Part shown: piece by piece, positions 28,947-38,777 of the stretch
How positions within the stretch are numbered: the stretch's first letter is position 1
Layout of the letters: each line of letters starts with the position of its first letter
Source of the DNA: a virus
Taxonomy: Duplodnaviria > Caudoviricetes
Length of the DNA: 64,000 bases
Strand: one strand, 5' to 3'
Virus record (IMG/VR): IMGVR_UViG_3300035556_000130
Span: 6,281-70,280 of that record
The notes under the pieces: generated by a model
Databases searched by the model: none
Told to the model about the DNA's origin: nothing
What the model saw: only the letters and a program-made list of their open reading frames with translations
Translations under genes and position numbers: made by a program

Positions 28947-30679
28947 TGGGTGTAGTTTCTTCAAGAAGCGCTGGAAAAGTAGACAAATTGTCTACTCGAC
29001 GAATTGATGAAACCCTTTATATCGGCAATGTTAGTGGGCTGGTTAATAACCAGACCATTAATATTCATCCGATAACACTCTTGGAAAAAAACCCGGCCCA
29101 ACTCATGGCAACAATAATGTCTGATCCAGTCGGCCAGATGATTGGCAAATGGGTTGAAAAAGAAGTTGGTGCAAAGGGGCTTCAAATCTGGTCCAAGCTA
29201 AGCGGCATAACCTCTTCGATAAGTAGCCGGGATATTACACTGTTCGAAAGTTCAAAGGATTTTCGAAAAATACGGGATCTAGGGGTGATGACACTGCCAG
29301 CCCAGATTACCAACGAGGATACTAAAATAGCAGTCACCGGGTTGGGAACACAATCCATAAATCTTGTTTCCAATATCAAGTTTGGTGATGGGCTATATGC
29401 AGGATATGCATTATATCCTCCCTCTGGAAAACATATCTACATTTCACCAGAAGGACGAATATGCCTATTCATGGCATTTGATTATGGCGGACTACATAAT
29501 CCAGTTGAGTTGTTCATATATTCCGATGACGGCGGAAAAACATGGACTTGGCAGCGTATCGATTCGTCCAATGATCATTTCCAAGATCAGGGATCGTTCT
29601 GTGCTGATTATTATGGCAATATACATTTCGTATGGAGAGAAGCCATCACAGCCGATGACAAAAGAATCAAATATCGAAAATGGAATGCCAAAACACAAAG
29701 TTTTGGTAACGTAATTACGGTCAGCAGCGCGACCGGGGTTATAGCCATTTGTCCAACGGTTCAGCCGACTCCGATTGGAAACACGGTAGAAATATTATGG
29801 GCAAGCGAAGGATATGCAAACGATCCAAATTATTACCAGCTACTGATCAGGGAAGTCAAAGCCGACGAGACATTGGGAACACTTTATCAACTGACTTCTG
29901 ATGGCGCACTGACTCATCGATATCTTTATTATACATTTGACTACGATTCCCAAGGTTACCGGCACATAGTTGCAATCGCCAAAAATCACACCACTAACCC
30001 AGACCCAGGAAATATATGGTATATTCGGCAAGCTCCTAGTGGATGGCAGCCAAAGGTGCAGATAAATACCGAAGCAGGAGACGCAAATCTGGCGCACTAC
30101 GTGTCGAATTTGGTAATCAATAGGCACGATGATATATATATCGCATATGATATAGGAACATTTGACGTAACTGCTAAAAATCCTTTATACATTAAACGAA
30201 TAAGAGATGGAATTATCAGTTCTAGGGTATTGGTTGAGGCTGGCAATCCAGGAGCCGGGGGAACCGTTCCTCTAATTCAAGTTGATAGCATCGACCGGAT
30301 ATGCGTCGTATATGCCAGCAATACAGCTCCAGATTCGTATTCGATACGAACAGTAAGTAGAATGTTGACCGAAATAAGTAGCCGGCAGATCATACACATT
30401 CTTGCAGCTGATCAAGAAATGTCATATATTCAGATACCGTGGAGCATCCCTCCTAATATTCAAGGGGTGAACCCAAATGTTCCGATGCAAGGTATGATTA
30501 TGATGATCGCAAAATATGCAACAGGTATTCCCGGAATAGCAGATGTGCAGATTCATTACAGCGGAAACAGCGTTTTCGGAGCAGCTGCAACCCCTACCAA
30601 ATTGCTGACCAGATCATATAATATACGAGGCATAGCCAATCGAACAAAATTCAACGCAGGGTTTAACCCGGTGATATGA
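28943..30679 (+). CDS. BNR/Asp-box beta-propeller (sialidase-like) protein
   Basis: YSDDGGKTW Asp-box; repeated D..G..H(I/F)V(W/A) blades. Confidence 0.75.
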   Translation: MMGVVSSRSAGKVDKLSTRRIDETLYIGNVSGLVNNQTINIHPITLLEKNPAQLMATIMSDPVGQMIGKWVEKEVGAKGLQIWSKLSGITSSISSRDITLFESSKDFRKIRDLGVMTLPAQITNEDTKIAVTGLGTQSINLVSNIKFGDGLYAGYALYPPSGKHIYISPEGRICLFMAFDYGGLHNPVELFIYSDDGGKTWTWQRIDSSNDHFQDQGSFCADYYGNIHFVWREAITADDKRIKYRKWNAKTQSFGNVITVSSATGVIAICPTVQPTPIGNTVEILWASEGYANDPNYYQLLIREVKADETLGTLYQLTSDGALTHRYLYYTFDYDSQGYRHIVAIAKNHTTNPDPGNIWYIRQAPSGWQPKVQINTEAGDANLAHYVSNLVINRHDDIYIAYDIGTFDVTAKNPLYIKRIRDGIISSRVLVEAGNPGAGGTVPLIQVDSIDRICVVYASNTAPDSYSIRTVSRMLTEISSRQIIHILAADQEMSYIQIPWSIPPNIQGVNPNVPMQGMIMMIAKYATGIPGIADVQIHYSGNSVFGAAATPTKLLTRSYNIRGIANRTKFNAGFNPVI

Positions 30680-31062
30680 TGGTCATTGATAACGAACGTC
30701 GGCTGGCAACACTCAGGGAGATACTAGACAGCATATACCTAGATGCATCACAATCGCATTCCGATGGGACTACGCCATGCGACCTAACCATCATATTTAC
30801 AGCATTGGCAACTCTTACGGTGAGTTATGAAGATGTAAAAGAGGATGTAGGATCACTAAAAGATGACATTGGGTCACTAAAAAACAGCATAGAAAAAGTA
30901 CAGACCGAGCTGCATGACCTAGCCACTACAATCAAAGTATGCGATGCTGCTAATCAGGGAAAAAAAGCAGTCTGGATGGCGGTGATCGCCTTTTTTTCAG
31001 GTGGCCTAGGATTGGCACTGATCAAATGGGTGTTCGATACATATTTGAAGGTTGCAGTATAA
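30676..31062 (+). CDS. Coiled-coil protein with C-terminal membrane helix (holin/XhlA-like)
   Basis: Heptads then AVWMAVIAFFSGGLGLALIKW. Confidence 0.6.
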   Translation: MMVIDNERRLATLREILDSIYLDASQSHSDGTTPCDLTIIFTALATLTVSYEDVKEDVGSLKDDIGSLKNSIEKVQTELHDLATTIKVCDAANQGKKAVWMAVIAFFSGGLGLALIKWVFDTYLKVAV

Positions 31063-31065
31063 AAA

Positions 31066-33228
31066 ATGATGGAGACGATCTATATGGATAGACCAACAAA
31101 AAGAAAAATAGACTGGCGATGGCAGGAACGAATCGGTATTGCAGATAAAAAAACAATGGACGGAGATCAATCTGTCTATTTTAACCGGCTTATGGATCTT
31201 GGAGATCCAATTGAAGATTACGATGCTGTTAACAAAAAATACGTAGATAACACATTTGGCGATGGCGAAGTGATAGTTGTAATTGGAACTGTTGAAGATC
31301 TTGAGGATATGGATTTCGATCCAGCTGATTTTACGGGATCAGATGCAGATGCTGTGATGGCAGTACATTTGGCCACTTATAACCACACTGATATTCATCC
31401 CAGCGACATCATAGCCGGGGACGTCGTAGACGTTACTGGAAAAAATATTAATGATGTCCTCGCATGGAATGGTTTAAAGTGGGTTCCTTCTATCGGTGCT
31501 GTAGGTCCTATCGGTCCACCTGGCCCAACCGGTGCAACAGGACCAGCCGGTGCAACAGGACCAGCCGGTGCAACAGGACCAGCCGGTGCTATAGGTCCTA
31601 CCGGACCAACTGGCCCAGCCGGTGCAAATGGCATGTCTGACGTGGTTGCCGTATATCAAAAAGAGGGATTGGTTATTGCCAAGTCTATTGATGGTACTAC
31701 AATCTTTTCCGGCAATGTCGGTATTGATGACCTAGCTGCTCTGCATGCTGCGCGAGATTATTGCCACACGTATTATCCAGATGGTGCGACTATTGCCGTT
31801 CTCAATGGTAATTATACCATAACCACATTCGAATTTCTGTATAGCAATCTCACGTTGTACCTGAAGAAAGGTGTCGTTATACAGGGCAATACCACTTTAG
31901 CATCTTATCCTGTTCATGTGTACGGATTTTATTCGTACACTGAGAATTATGTCAATCGGTCAATGTTTTGGGCCCAAGATGTATCTAATATTGGCATAGT
32001 CGGTGAGGGTGAGATAGATGGCAATGGTGAACATCCCAATTTTAATGTGCCTGATTTACTTGTTCGCCCGTTCATCATCCGTTTTTGCAATGTCAGCAAT
32101 TTCACTGTTGGTGGTGTCGATGGACATCTACAGTTATATAATGCTGCTATGTGGACAGAGCATTATTTGCATTGCTCAGATGGTCTAATATCCAAGCAAA
32201 TTATAAATACCAACAAATACGGCCCAGGTACTGGCGATCGCAACGCAAATCTCGATGGCATAGATGTTGATTGCTGTACGAATGTTGTTGTGTCTCATAT
32301 TAATGCAATCACCGGTGATGATGCCATATGCCTCAAGGCGTCCGGTCCTGCTGATTGCGTTAACATATCAGTTTCTGATTGTGAATTGTCATCCGCTAAA
32401 ACTGGTTTCAAGCTTGGTACTGAAACCAATGGCGGATTCCAGAATATATCAGTGTCCAATCTCAATATATGGTGGTCCACTACTGGGGTCGGTGTATCAA
32501 CTGTTGACGGTGGTAATACATTCAATGTTAATATACATGATATCAATATGTATAATGTTGGCACGCCGTTCTATGTCCGACTTGGTATTAGAAATCGATC
32601 ATATGGGCATGGTTCAACTGTTACTACTGTTTCCAAGATGCGGAACATCAGTATTCATGATATTTCCGTTGTCGGGCAATTAAATCGGTATCATACGTCG
32701 TATATTAGTGGATATGACGCTTCAGCAGATGGTAGACTATTTGGAGTGTCCGTATCGAATTTCAAGATAATGGACGCACCCGGCGGGGGAACCGAAGCCG
32801 AAGCCTATATCATTCCATTGGAACTTGCAGATTCCAATCCAAATGAATATATGTTTGGGACACTCCCAGCACATGGTCTATATGTTCGACATGTCCATGA
32901 CTCCAATTTCCACAATCTTGTGTTAAATCGCGTTCTCACTAATGATGATCGACCTGGTTTGGTGATGTCGGACGTAGGAACTTCTACTCTCCGTGGTGTT
33001 AATACTCAACGTGGAACTAATAATCCTGGTAGGGTGTACTTATCCGATTGTAGTCGCGTCAGTGTATCAAAGGTATCCGGTTCGTCTGGTTATATGTTTC
33101 GTATCACTGGCGTCAACACTAATGACCTTTTACTACTTGGAAATGATTGTTCCGGTAGTTGTACTCTTACAGTACTTGGTGATGAGGTCACCCCTGCTGA
33201 AGTACGAGCAGCACATAACCCTGATTAA
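31066..33228 (+). CDS. Fibre/spike protein: collagen-like linker plus GH28-like beta-helix
   Basis: About 14 Gly-X-Y triplets; [24 protein letters not shown] are glycoside hydrolase 28 motifs. Confidence 0.85.
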   Translation: MMETIYMDRPTKRKIDWRWQERIGIADKKTMDGDQSVYFNRLMDLGDPIEDYDAVNKKYVDNTFGDGEVIVVIGTVEDLEDMDFDPADFTGSDADAVMAVHLATYNHTDIHPSDIIAGDVVDVTGKNINDVLAWNGLKWVPSIGAVGPIGPPGPTGATGPAGATGPAGATGPAGAIGPTGPTGPAGANGMSDVVAVYQKEGLVIAKSIDGTTIFSGNVGIDDLAALHAARDYCHTYYPDGATIAVLNGNYTITTFEFLYSNLTLYLKKGVVIQGNTTLASYPVHVYGFYSYTENYVNRSMFWAQDVSNIGIVGEGEIDGNGEHPNFNVPDLLVRPFIIRFCNVSNFTVGGVDGHLQLYNAAMWTEHYLHCSDGLISKQIINTNKYGPGTGDRNANLDGIDVDCCTNVVVSHINAITGDDAICLKASGPADCVNISVSDCELSSAKTGFKLGTETNGGFQNISVSNLNIWWSTTGVGVSTVDGGNTFNVNIHDINMYNVGTPFYVRLGIRNRSYGHGSTVTTVSKMRNISIHDISVVGQLNRYHTSYISGYDASADGRLFGVSVSNFKIMDAPGGGTEAEAYIIPLELADSNPNEYMFGTLPAHGLYVRHVHDSNFHNLVLNRVLTNDDRPGLVMSDVGTSTLRGVNTQRGTNNPGRVYLSDCSRVSVSKVSGSSGYMFRITGVNTNDLLLLGNDCSGSCTLTVLGDEVTPAEVRAAHNPD
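31529..31589 (+). repeat. 18-bp tandem repeat (CCGGTGCAACAGGACCAG x3 plus 7 nt) encoding collagen triplets
   Basis: Three perfect copies at 31529, 31547 and 31565. Confidence 0.95.
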
Positions 33229-33268
33229 CCAAAAATTAGAATGAGAGCTGATTTATCCAGCTCTCAGG

Positions 33269-33499
33269 TTACTTTTTCGGTGGCAGGCATTTTAGCTCAA
33301 ACTCTTCACCCAGCCCAAGGGTGTCCAATATTTCTTCGGCCAGTTCCTCATCAGGGCCCGTTATTGTCAGAGTTGCCTTATATTTGCCCTGACTTCCTTC
33401 GTATACGCCCTGACACTTGACCTCAAAAGTTCTTTTTGTTTCGCCTGATGACAGTAACTTCAAAGGCTTGGGGCCGGCAACCATGGTTTTTATCCTCAT
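33269..33499 (-). CDS. Hypothetical protein, 76 aa
   Basis: Last ORF of the long minus-strand operon. Confidence 0.65.
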   Translation of the reverse strand: MRIKTMVAGPKPLKLLSSGETKRTFEVKCQGVYEGSQGKYKATLTITGPDEELAEEILDTLGLGEEFELKCLPPKK

Positions 33500-33502
33500 G
33501 AT

Positions 33503-33934
33503 CTATACCCCGAGGTACTTTATCAGATTGGTTTCATGAATTGGGACCCAGTAACTGCCCATCTTTTCAGCTATCGGGAAGGATACCGGATCATTCATCC
33601 ACTCTGGATCAGCCTTGGTCTTGGATCTGGTTGCGCGGTCACCCTTGAAATAATGCAGTTTGACATGGACGACTCGTTCATTCCTCTTGACGATAACCTT
33701 TCTTCTACCAGCTTCCCGGAGGATAATGTCTTTGATACCTCTGTTTGCAGCCTTCAGAGCAGCCTGCCGGGGTGCCCTCCCGGTGTATCGTCCGACATCA
33801 TTTCCATCCATGCTCATCAATATAAAGTTTCTCTTCTCGACTCCCTCTATAGGCTTCTTTGCCACGGGTGCCTTCTTTACCGGCTGCTTCTTGGCAGCCG
33901 CCTTCTTTGCGCTCTTAATTTTTTTCATTTTCAA
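33503..33934 (-). CDS. mc1: MC1-family chromosomal protein with Lys/Ala/Pro-rich N-terminal extension
   Basis: KRNFIL..DGNDVGRYTGRAPRQAALKAANRG..DIILRE.G...DPEWM matches the MC1 signature. Confidence 0.9.
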   Translation of the reverse strand: MKMKKIKSAKKAAAKKQPVKKAPVAKKPIEGVEKRNFILMSMDGNDVGRYTGRAPRQAALKAANRGIKDIILREAGRRKVIVKRNERVVHVKLHYFKGDRATRSKTKADPEWMNDPVSFPIAEKMGSYWVPIHETNLIKYLGV

Positions 33935-35406
33935 ACCTCGTTCAACCAGTTTTTGATCATCGCCCCATGCTCGGGGGTGATTTTGATATTTGGGCTATCC
34001 TCAAAAACCATTGTTCGGTCTTTGGTAACCCGCGCCACGTGGGTATCTGCATCAACTTCTAATGCAATTGATACCTCATATTCGATACCCTCCCTAAAGA
34101 TTGGCCCCATGCCCATCTTTTTGGGAGTCATTCCTCGCTCCCCATGGACCAGCTCATACTGGGTCTTGGCCCGCGTGGTTAAGATCACATGCATGTTGCA
34201 GGCCAGGATTTTTTCGATCAGCTTGGCGTGCAAGGGTGTTATGTCTTTCCAGGCGGTATAGGAGTTGCCGGTCCTGCTCGCAGCTGTGGCAGCAGCGTGC
34301 ATATCCAGCAATCCGCCTTCAGCAGTCCAGGCATGCGTCAAAGAGTCCAGAATCAAAACCTTCGCGCCAGCTTTTTCAGCCAGGTCTATGGCCTCCAAGT
34401 ACCTCTTTGGCGAATACGGCGCATCGAGAACGATGGTTTTATATTGCCCTATTTTTATTTTGTCAACCTTTCGGCCAACATACAGCGATCCAGATCGGTG
34501 CTCCGTGTCCACGATAAAAATCTTGGACCAGTCTGGTTCTAGACCATATCCTAGCAGGAGAGCTCCCAGTGTCTTGCCAGCCCCAGCCGGAGCAGATATG
34601 AGAATCTTGATAAATGCCATCTGACGACTGGCGTCCTCAATCTTCAGCTCACTGGAGACTGGCACTTTTTTAACAGGGGCCGCGACCGGAGGTTTGGTGA
34701 TTGGAACAGTTGCCGAAGGTTGTTTGGCTGACTCCCCGTTGAGGATGCGTATATAACCCGTCACGTCGGAAATTATTGTCCCGTTGGCAAGAACCTCCAC
34801 GGTGCCAAATTCCCCGCTCATGACTAAATGCTCAAGGTTCTCTTCGATCACTTCAAGACCACGCTTCTTTCCCCGAAGCTTCATTAGCTTGTAGCATTCC
34901 GGAAGAACCTTGCCGGTTTTATCGCATTCTGGCCGGATATCCGGCAATTCTTCCTCTTCAGGGGGGGCCGGCTCGATAGGCGCGTCGGGCGGATCATTGG
35001 ACTGTGCCTTCTTCGCGCGTTCGGCATCCTCTGCCGCTTTTGTGCCCCTGGGAGCTCTTCTGGGTTCTGTGGCTTCCTTTTCAACCGGCAATTCGGTCTT
35101 TTCTGTTTTTGCCGGGCGACCTGGTTTCTTCTTAGGTGGCTCTGGTTCTTCCTTGTTGGCCTCTTCCAAAGCAGCCCTAAGATAGCCGGAAAAGTGTCGG
35201 CGGATCTTGGAAAGCCTCATTATCTGGTCATCGTCGGTCTCATCGAGAGGTTCTACTCTCCTGAGATTTGCTATTCCATCCTCTGATTCTTCGAGGACTA
35301 TTGTGCCGTCATCGGTTACGAACGTTGCAGAGGTATCCGTGAACTCTACTGCAATTTCGAATTCCGCCCCGTATTTTCGCACAATGTCAACTAACGTATC
35401 TCTCAT
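33931..35406 (-). CDS. AAA_24 / Sak4-like recombination ATPase with a long N-terminal extension
   Basis: APAGAGKT Walker A, IFIVDTEHRS, LILDSLTHAW..EGG, HVILTTRAK..Y, GIEYE. Confidence 0.85.
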   Translation of the reverse strand: MRDTLVDIVRKYGAEFEIAVEFTDTSATFVTDDGTIVLEESEDGIANLRRVEPLDETDDDQIMRLSKIRRHFSGYLRAALEEANKEEPEPPKKKPGRPAKTEKTELPVEKEATEPRRAPRGTKAAEDAERAKKAQSNDPPDAPIEPAPPEEEELPDIRPECDKTGKVLPECYKLMKLRGKKRGLEVIEENLEHLVMSGEFGTVEVLANGTIISDVTGYIRILNGESAKQPSATVPITKPPVAAPVKKVPVSSELKIEDASRQMAFIKILISAPAGAGKTLGALLLGYGLEPDWSKIFIVDTEHRSGSLYVGRKVDKIKIGQYKTIVLDAPYSPKRYLEAIDLAEKAGAKVLILDSLTHAWTAEGGLLDMHAAATAASRTGNSYTAWKDITPLHAKLIEKILACNMHVILTTRAKTQYELVHGERGMTPKKMGMGPIFREGIEYEVSIALEVDADTHVARVTKDRTMVFEDSPNIKITPEHGAMIKNWLNEV

Positions 35407-35436
35407 AGTCCCTCACCAATTGCTTAAAAATGAAAC

Positions 35437-35817
35437 TTATAAAGTTTTCGGCCAAACCACTGAAACTGACCGTGGCCTGAAATTCGGACATTCCCCTGGT
35501 TGTTTGCACGGCTTGCCTTCAGTACACCAGAAAACCCCATCGCGTGCAACCTGTTTTTTGCAGGCTTTGATGATCTGCGATTTTTCGAGTCGTATATACG
35601 GATCGATTTTCTGCGCGACGACATCCCCGACTTCGGACTGGAGTTCACGCATAACCGTGACCGCCGCTGAATGTTTGCCCGCTCTGATCCCAAGAGCAAG
35701 AGCTTCCTGTTCACGGTCATTCAATCCGTTGCAGAGAACGTTTGAAACGGATTGGAGAGATCCGTCACATTTGACGAATCTCCTCATTCGATCCTCAATA
35801 TCTATTCGATTGTCCAT
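35437..35817 (-). CDS. Hypothetical protein with C-terminal Cys cluster
   Basis: C..Q..WC..KPCKQPGECP. Confidence 0.6.
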   Translation of the reverse strand: MDNRIDIEDRMRRFVKCDGSLQSVSNVLCNGLNDREQEALALGIRAGKHSAAVTVMRELQSEVGDVVAQKIDPYIRLEKSQIIKACKKQVARDGVFWCTEGKPCKQPGECPNFRPRSVSVVWPKTL

Positions 35818-36365
35818 TGCCGCAGCCACTCCGAACTCGTCCTGCAATACTTTGCTATGCTGTCAATACTTTTGGTCGCATTGCCGACGATATTGGCCAT
35901 AATACCCCGTTGAATAAAGATGCCTCGCACAATTCCAAAACGAACCTCGGGCGACAATTCTTGCCAACTTTTTAAGATGCCTCCGAATTCTCTGGTTTCG
36001 GTAATGATGCTTACGTATTCACGTTTTATCTCATCAAACTCCTGCCTTGAAATCCCCAGGCATCTGATAATGGTGTTGTCCATGTTGAAGAAGTCCGCTG
36101 CAAATTCCTTAAACTCTGGAAACACCTTGCCGGGGGTAACCTGTGGCCCGTCTATGTTTAAAATATCGGCCATCCTGAGAATTTCAAGCGTTGACTGTGC
36201 ATCCTCGACGAGTTGGGCCTGTTCTTCTGGAATGTTGGAGGTGCCCTTCATCAACATCGATATAATGGCATTCGTGGTCGATACTGACATTTCATCAAGC
36301 CTGAGTAGGTTGGCAACGGGCACCCCATCATCAACCAGGGCTATTATTAATTTTTCAAAATCCAT
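35802..36365 (-). CDS. Hypothetical protein, 187 aa
   Basis: GAGGG upstream; operon context. Confidence 0.65.
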   Translation of the reverse strand: MDFEKLIIALVDDGVPVANLLRLDEMSVSTTNAIISMLMKGTSNIPEEQAQLVEDAQSTLEILRMADILNIDGPQVTPGKVFPEFKEFAADFFNMDNTIIRCLGISRQEFDEIKREYVSIITETREFGGILKSWQELSPEVRFGIVRGIFIQRGIMANIVGNATKSIDSIAKYCRTSSEWLRQWTIE

Positions 36366-36395
36366 GTTGTTCCCTCAAAAAATGAATGATTTTGT

Positions 36396-36680
36396 CTATT
36401 TGGTTATACCGGATATTATTCGATCCAGCGCAGATTTTAGAGCCTCCAGCTGGATTCTATCTGCACCTGCATATACACCCCGGACCATATCGTCTATTTC
36501 CTCTGGCGAGAGCTTCCTGTCGGCTAGTATATCGGCCATGTCTCGCAGGGTTCCCCCGGTCTCGTATAGGAGTTCAATCATGTCCTTGTACTGCTGATCG
36601 TCGATGTTTGCTGTTGCCATTTGAAGGCCACGATTGATGGCCCTCCCCGATAGTTCCTCGACTATTCCCATGTTGATCAC
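36396..36680 (-). CDS. Hypothetical protein, 94 aa
   Basis: Operon context. Confidence 0.6.
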   Translation of the reverse strand: MINMGIVEELSGRAINRGLQMATANIDDQQYKDMIELLYETGGTLRDMADILADRKLSPEEIDDMVRGVYAGADRIQLEALKSALDRIISGITK

Positions 36681-36713
36681 TTATTCCAACGTTGCACTAG
36701 GTTAAATACCTTT

Positions 36714-36905
36714 CTACCCGAGGTCGAAAACCTCTTCGTCCTCCAATCTCTCAACCACGATGGCGTATTCACCAGGGTAGTTGTTTTTGTCCTGTACCGT
36801 CTTCTCAGCCTTCTTATATCCCAGATGGAAATTAGCTTCATCGAAGTCGCCCACCTTAAAAGCCTTGAAAGGCGGGCATCGTTGACGAATTATTATTTTA
36901 TCCAT
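36714..36905 (-). CDS. Hypothetical protein, 63 aa
   Basis: Starts beside the left end of the 222-bp element. Confidence 0.55.
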   Translation of the reverse strand: MDKIIIRQRCPPFKAFKVGDFDEANFHLGYKKAEKTVQDKNNYPGEYAIVVERLEDEEVFDLG

Positions 36906-36912
36906 ATATATG

Positions 36913-37134
36913 GCGCGAGGGAACTCCGGTCTTCAGGCCGGAGAGGAATTGCGCACTTCACCTCCACTAATTCGCAAATTATTTATTCTCATAGCTGTAT
37001 CTCCTCCTTGGAGAAACTGTTTCCAAGGCACTCTTAATTTACTGCATTACGATGCAGTGGGTATCAGTCAGTATGCCCCGAAGCCTCGATATAACCAGGA
37101 GGCAAGCTCCGGTCTTCAGGCCGGAGAAGCTGAC
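36913..37134 (+). mobile_element. 222-bp tnpB deletion derivative (MITE-like)
   Basis: Identical 20-bp hairpin CTCCGGTCTTCAGGCCGGAG at 36924 and 37107; ends in AGCTGAC; retains a tnpB-like tail reading VSVSMP...QAPVFRPE.LT. Confidence 0.85.
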
Positions 37135-37389
37135 GAAAAAGTCTCCCGATCTTTCGGGATTTCTGCCAGCGGGCAAAGGAGGGTCGGCTGAATCATACCG
37201 AAAAATCCCGCTGTTAACAGTCTCGAAAGATCTCTTCCAAGCATGCATGCAGTACGTCATATACTTTTCGTGCTGTTGGGTCACCATACAATACCAATTG
37301 CTGGGCAGCCAGCTCTTGGATAGAAAACAAAATAAATATCCAAAATTCCCGGTAGACCTGGCGAAATTCGTTGGCGCTATCTGGATGCG

Positions 37390-37788
37390 TTATTTAGCCT
37401 CCAGTTCAGCAATACGGGTTTCTAATTCCTGGATCTCTTCGTCTCGGTCGCCTATATCAGTTACATATTCGGCTTCTCTTGCGGCATACTCGTGGATCTG
37501 ATCTTCCAGATCCTTGATCTTGGCTTCATTTTCCGCAAGAAGGAATCGGTATCCGGCAATCTTGCTGCAATTTTGATGCACGCTGATAAGTATTCTTTCT
37601 GTTTCTTCTTCGAGCCATTTGATTTCGGCATCCTTTTCTCTATTCTCGGACCACAGCATCCCGATTTCGTCTATGAGATCTGGCATTTGTTCGGCACATA
37701 CACATGCCCAGTAATCGTGATCAATACTTGGGTCCTTGGATGCATATGAATTGGCTGCCTCTAGTACCTTTTCCAGATCAACGGTCAT
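37390..37788 (-). CDS. Coiled-coil phage-type protein (Ea22-like segment)
   Basis: AEQMPDLIDEI; C-terminal AAREAE...ELETRIAELE shared with the 49300 ORF. Confidence 0.65.
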   Translation of the reverse strand: MTVDLEKVLEAANSYASKDPSIDHDYWACVCAEQMPDLIDEIGMLWSENREKDAEIKWLEEETERILISVHQNCSKIAGYRFLLAENEAKIKDLEDQIHEYAAREAEYVTDIGDRDEEIQELETRIAELEAK

Positions 37789-37955
37789 ACATCGGTCTCC
37801 AGCATAGATTCCAACGCCGCTATTTTCCGTCTCATTTCTTTTAATTTATTCAACAATGTGATTTTGTCCCTTTCATCTACTGCGGTTATTGCCATGACGC
37901 GGATATAATGTATATCGGCCAACATTCTGCGAATCCCAAGTATGTTCTTCACCAT
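37785..37955 (-). CDS. Small hypothetical protein
   Basis: GGAGGT upstream of ATG 37955, overlapping the upstream stop. Confidence 0.5.
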   Translation of the reverse strand: MVKNILGIRRMLADIHYIRVMAITAVDERDKITLLNKLKEMRRKIAALESMLETDV

Positions 37956-38248
37956 TCCACCTCCGGCATTTCGATCCGGAGCTGGCGCCTGGCCCGGCGC
38001 ACAGCCGATTCGCGACATTCGCAGAGTTGCATGTTGCTTTCGTATGCAAATCTGGCCGCGACTTCCCCCACCAGCTTTTCCTTCAGGATCTTGTTTTGAT
38101 CCTCGGCCTTCTGCGCTCTGGTCCGGAGGGCGTTACAGTTTGCCAGGAGGTCATCAACCAGATTTGAATCTCTGAAATCAAGCTCTACTAGGGTCATTTT
38201 CGATGCCTCCACAATTGGTACTGTTGGATATCCATAGGACGAAGTCAT
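37949..38248 (-). CDS. Hypothetical protein, paralogue of the 41081 ORF
   Basis: LANCNALRTRAQKAEDQNKILKEKL vs LENCNNLRRRAQKAERENTLLKEKL. Confidence 0.7.
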   Translation of the reverse strand: MTSSYGYPTVPIVEASKMTLVELDFRDSNLVDDLLANCNALRTRAQKAEDQNKILKEKLVGEVAARFAYESNMQLCECRESAVRRARRQLRIEMPEVEW

Positions 38249-38430
38249 CGCTGGGCCTCCTCAAGATCGATAGCATTCAACGTATCTGCCAGCTTCTTGA
38301 TTGCGTCCTTTCCACCACGGGCCCGGATGCAGAAGTCCGCCCCGCCAAGATCCTTTCGCATCTTCAGTTCGGCGCGTGACTCCGGCTCTTCGTGTGATTG
38401 TTCAACAAAATCGGTGATCGGGTCTCTCAT
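38245..38430 (-). CDS. Hypothetical protein, 61 aa
   Basis: ATGA coupling. Confidence 0.55.
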   Translation of the reverse strand: MRDPITDFVEQSHEEPESRAELKMRKDLGGADFCIRARGGKDAIKKLADTLNAIDLEEAQR

Positions 38431-38777
38431 GGATGGGGCTCCTCCAAGTAATGATCTTTATATGCACAATTAGCGCAATCAATCGCGCCGCACCGGATGC
38501 ATTCGGGCCCCTCATCGTCTGGACTTGGGCCGAACGCGCCTGTCTTAAGCCCCTCCTGGACGGTGAGCCTGTGTCCCTCTGGTTTCCCGGTTACATGCAC
38601 CATCCGAGCATCCTTGATCCACCGGGCCGAGATATCGGTCCATTCCCCCGAGAAGTCGGTGAAGGTGCAATTCCAGGCGAAACGTTTCGCGTCTTTGGCG
38701 GTGTATGCCAGGAAAGCCTCGCCGCCTTCTTCATCCCCCACGAAATAGACTCGGAGGACGTTGTTTTTTTGTCTCAT
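38427..38777 (-). CDS. Hypothetical protein with C-terminal Zn-finger-like Cys motif
   Basis: CIRCGAIDCANC; ATG 38777 coupled to the upstream stop. Confidence 0.65.
   Translation of the reverse strand: MRQKNNVLRVYFVGDEEGGEAFLAYTAKDAKRFAWNCTFTDFSGEWTDISARWIKDARMVHVTGKPEGHRLTVQEGLKTGAFGPSPDDEGPECIRCGAIDCANCAYKDHYLEEPHP

Noticed and set aside
22558-33228. Additional DGR variable repeats in the other adhesin genes
   Set aside because: No TR-like sequence seen at their 3' ends by eye; a BLASTN of TR against the full genome would settle it
33931-35406. P-loop ATPase as the missing genome-packaging ATPase
   Set aside because: Motifs (DTE, DSLTHAW, RAK) fit AAA_24/Sak4 recombination proteins, and it lies outside the structural block
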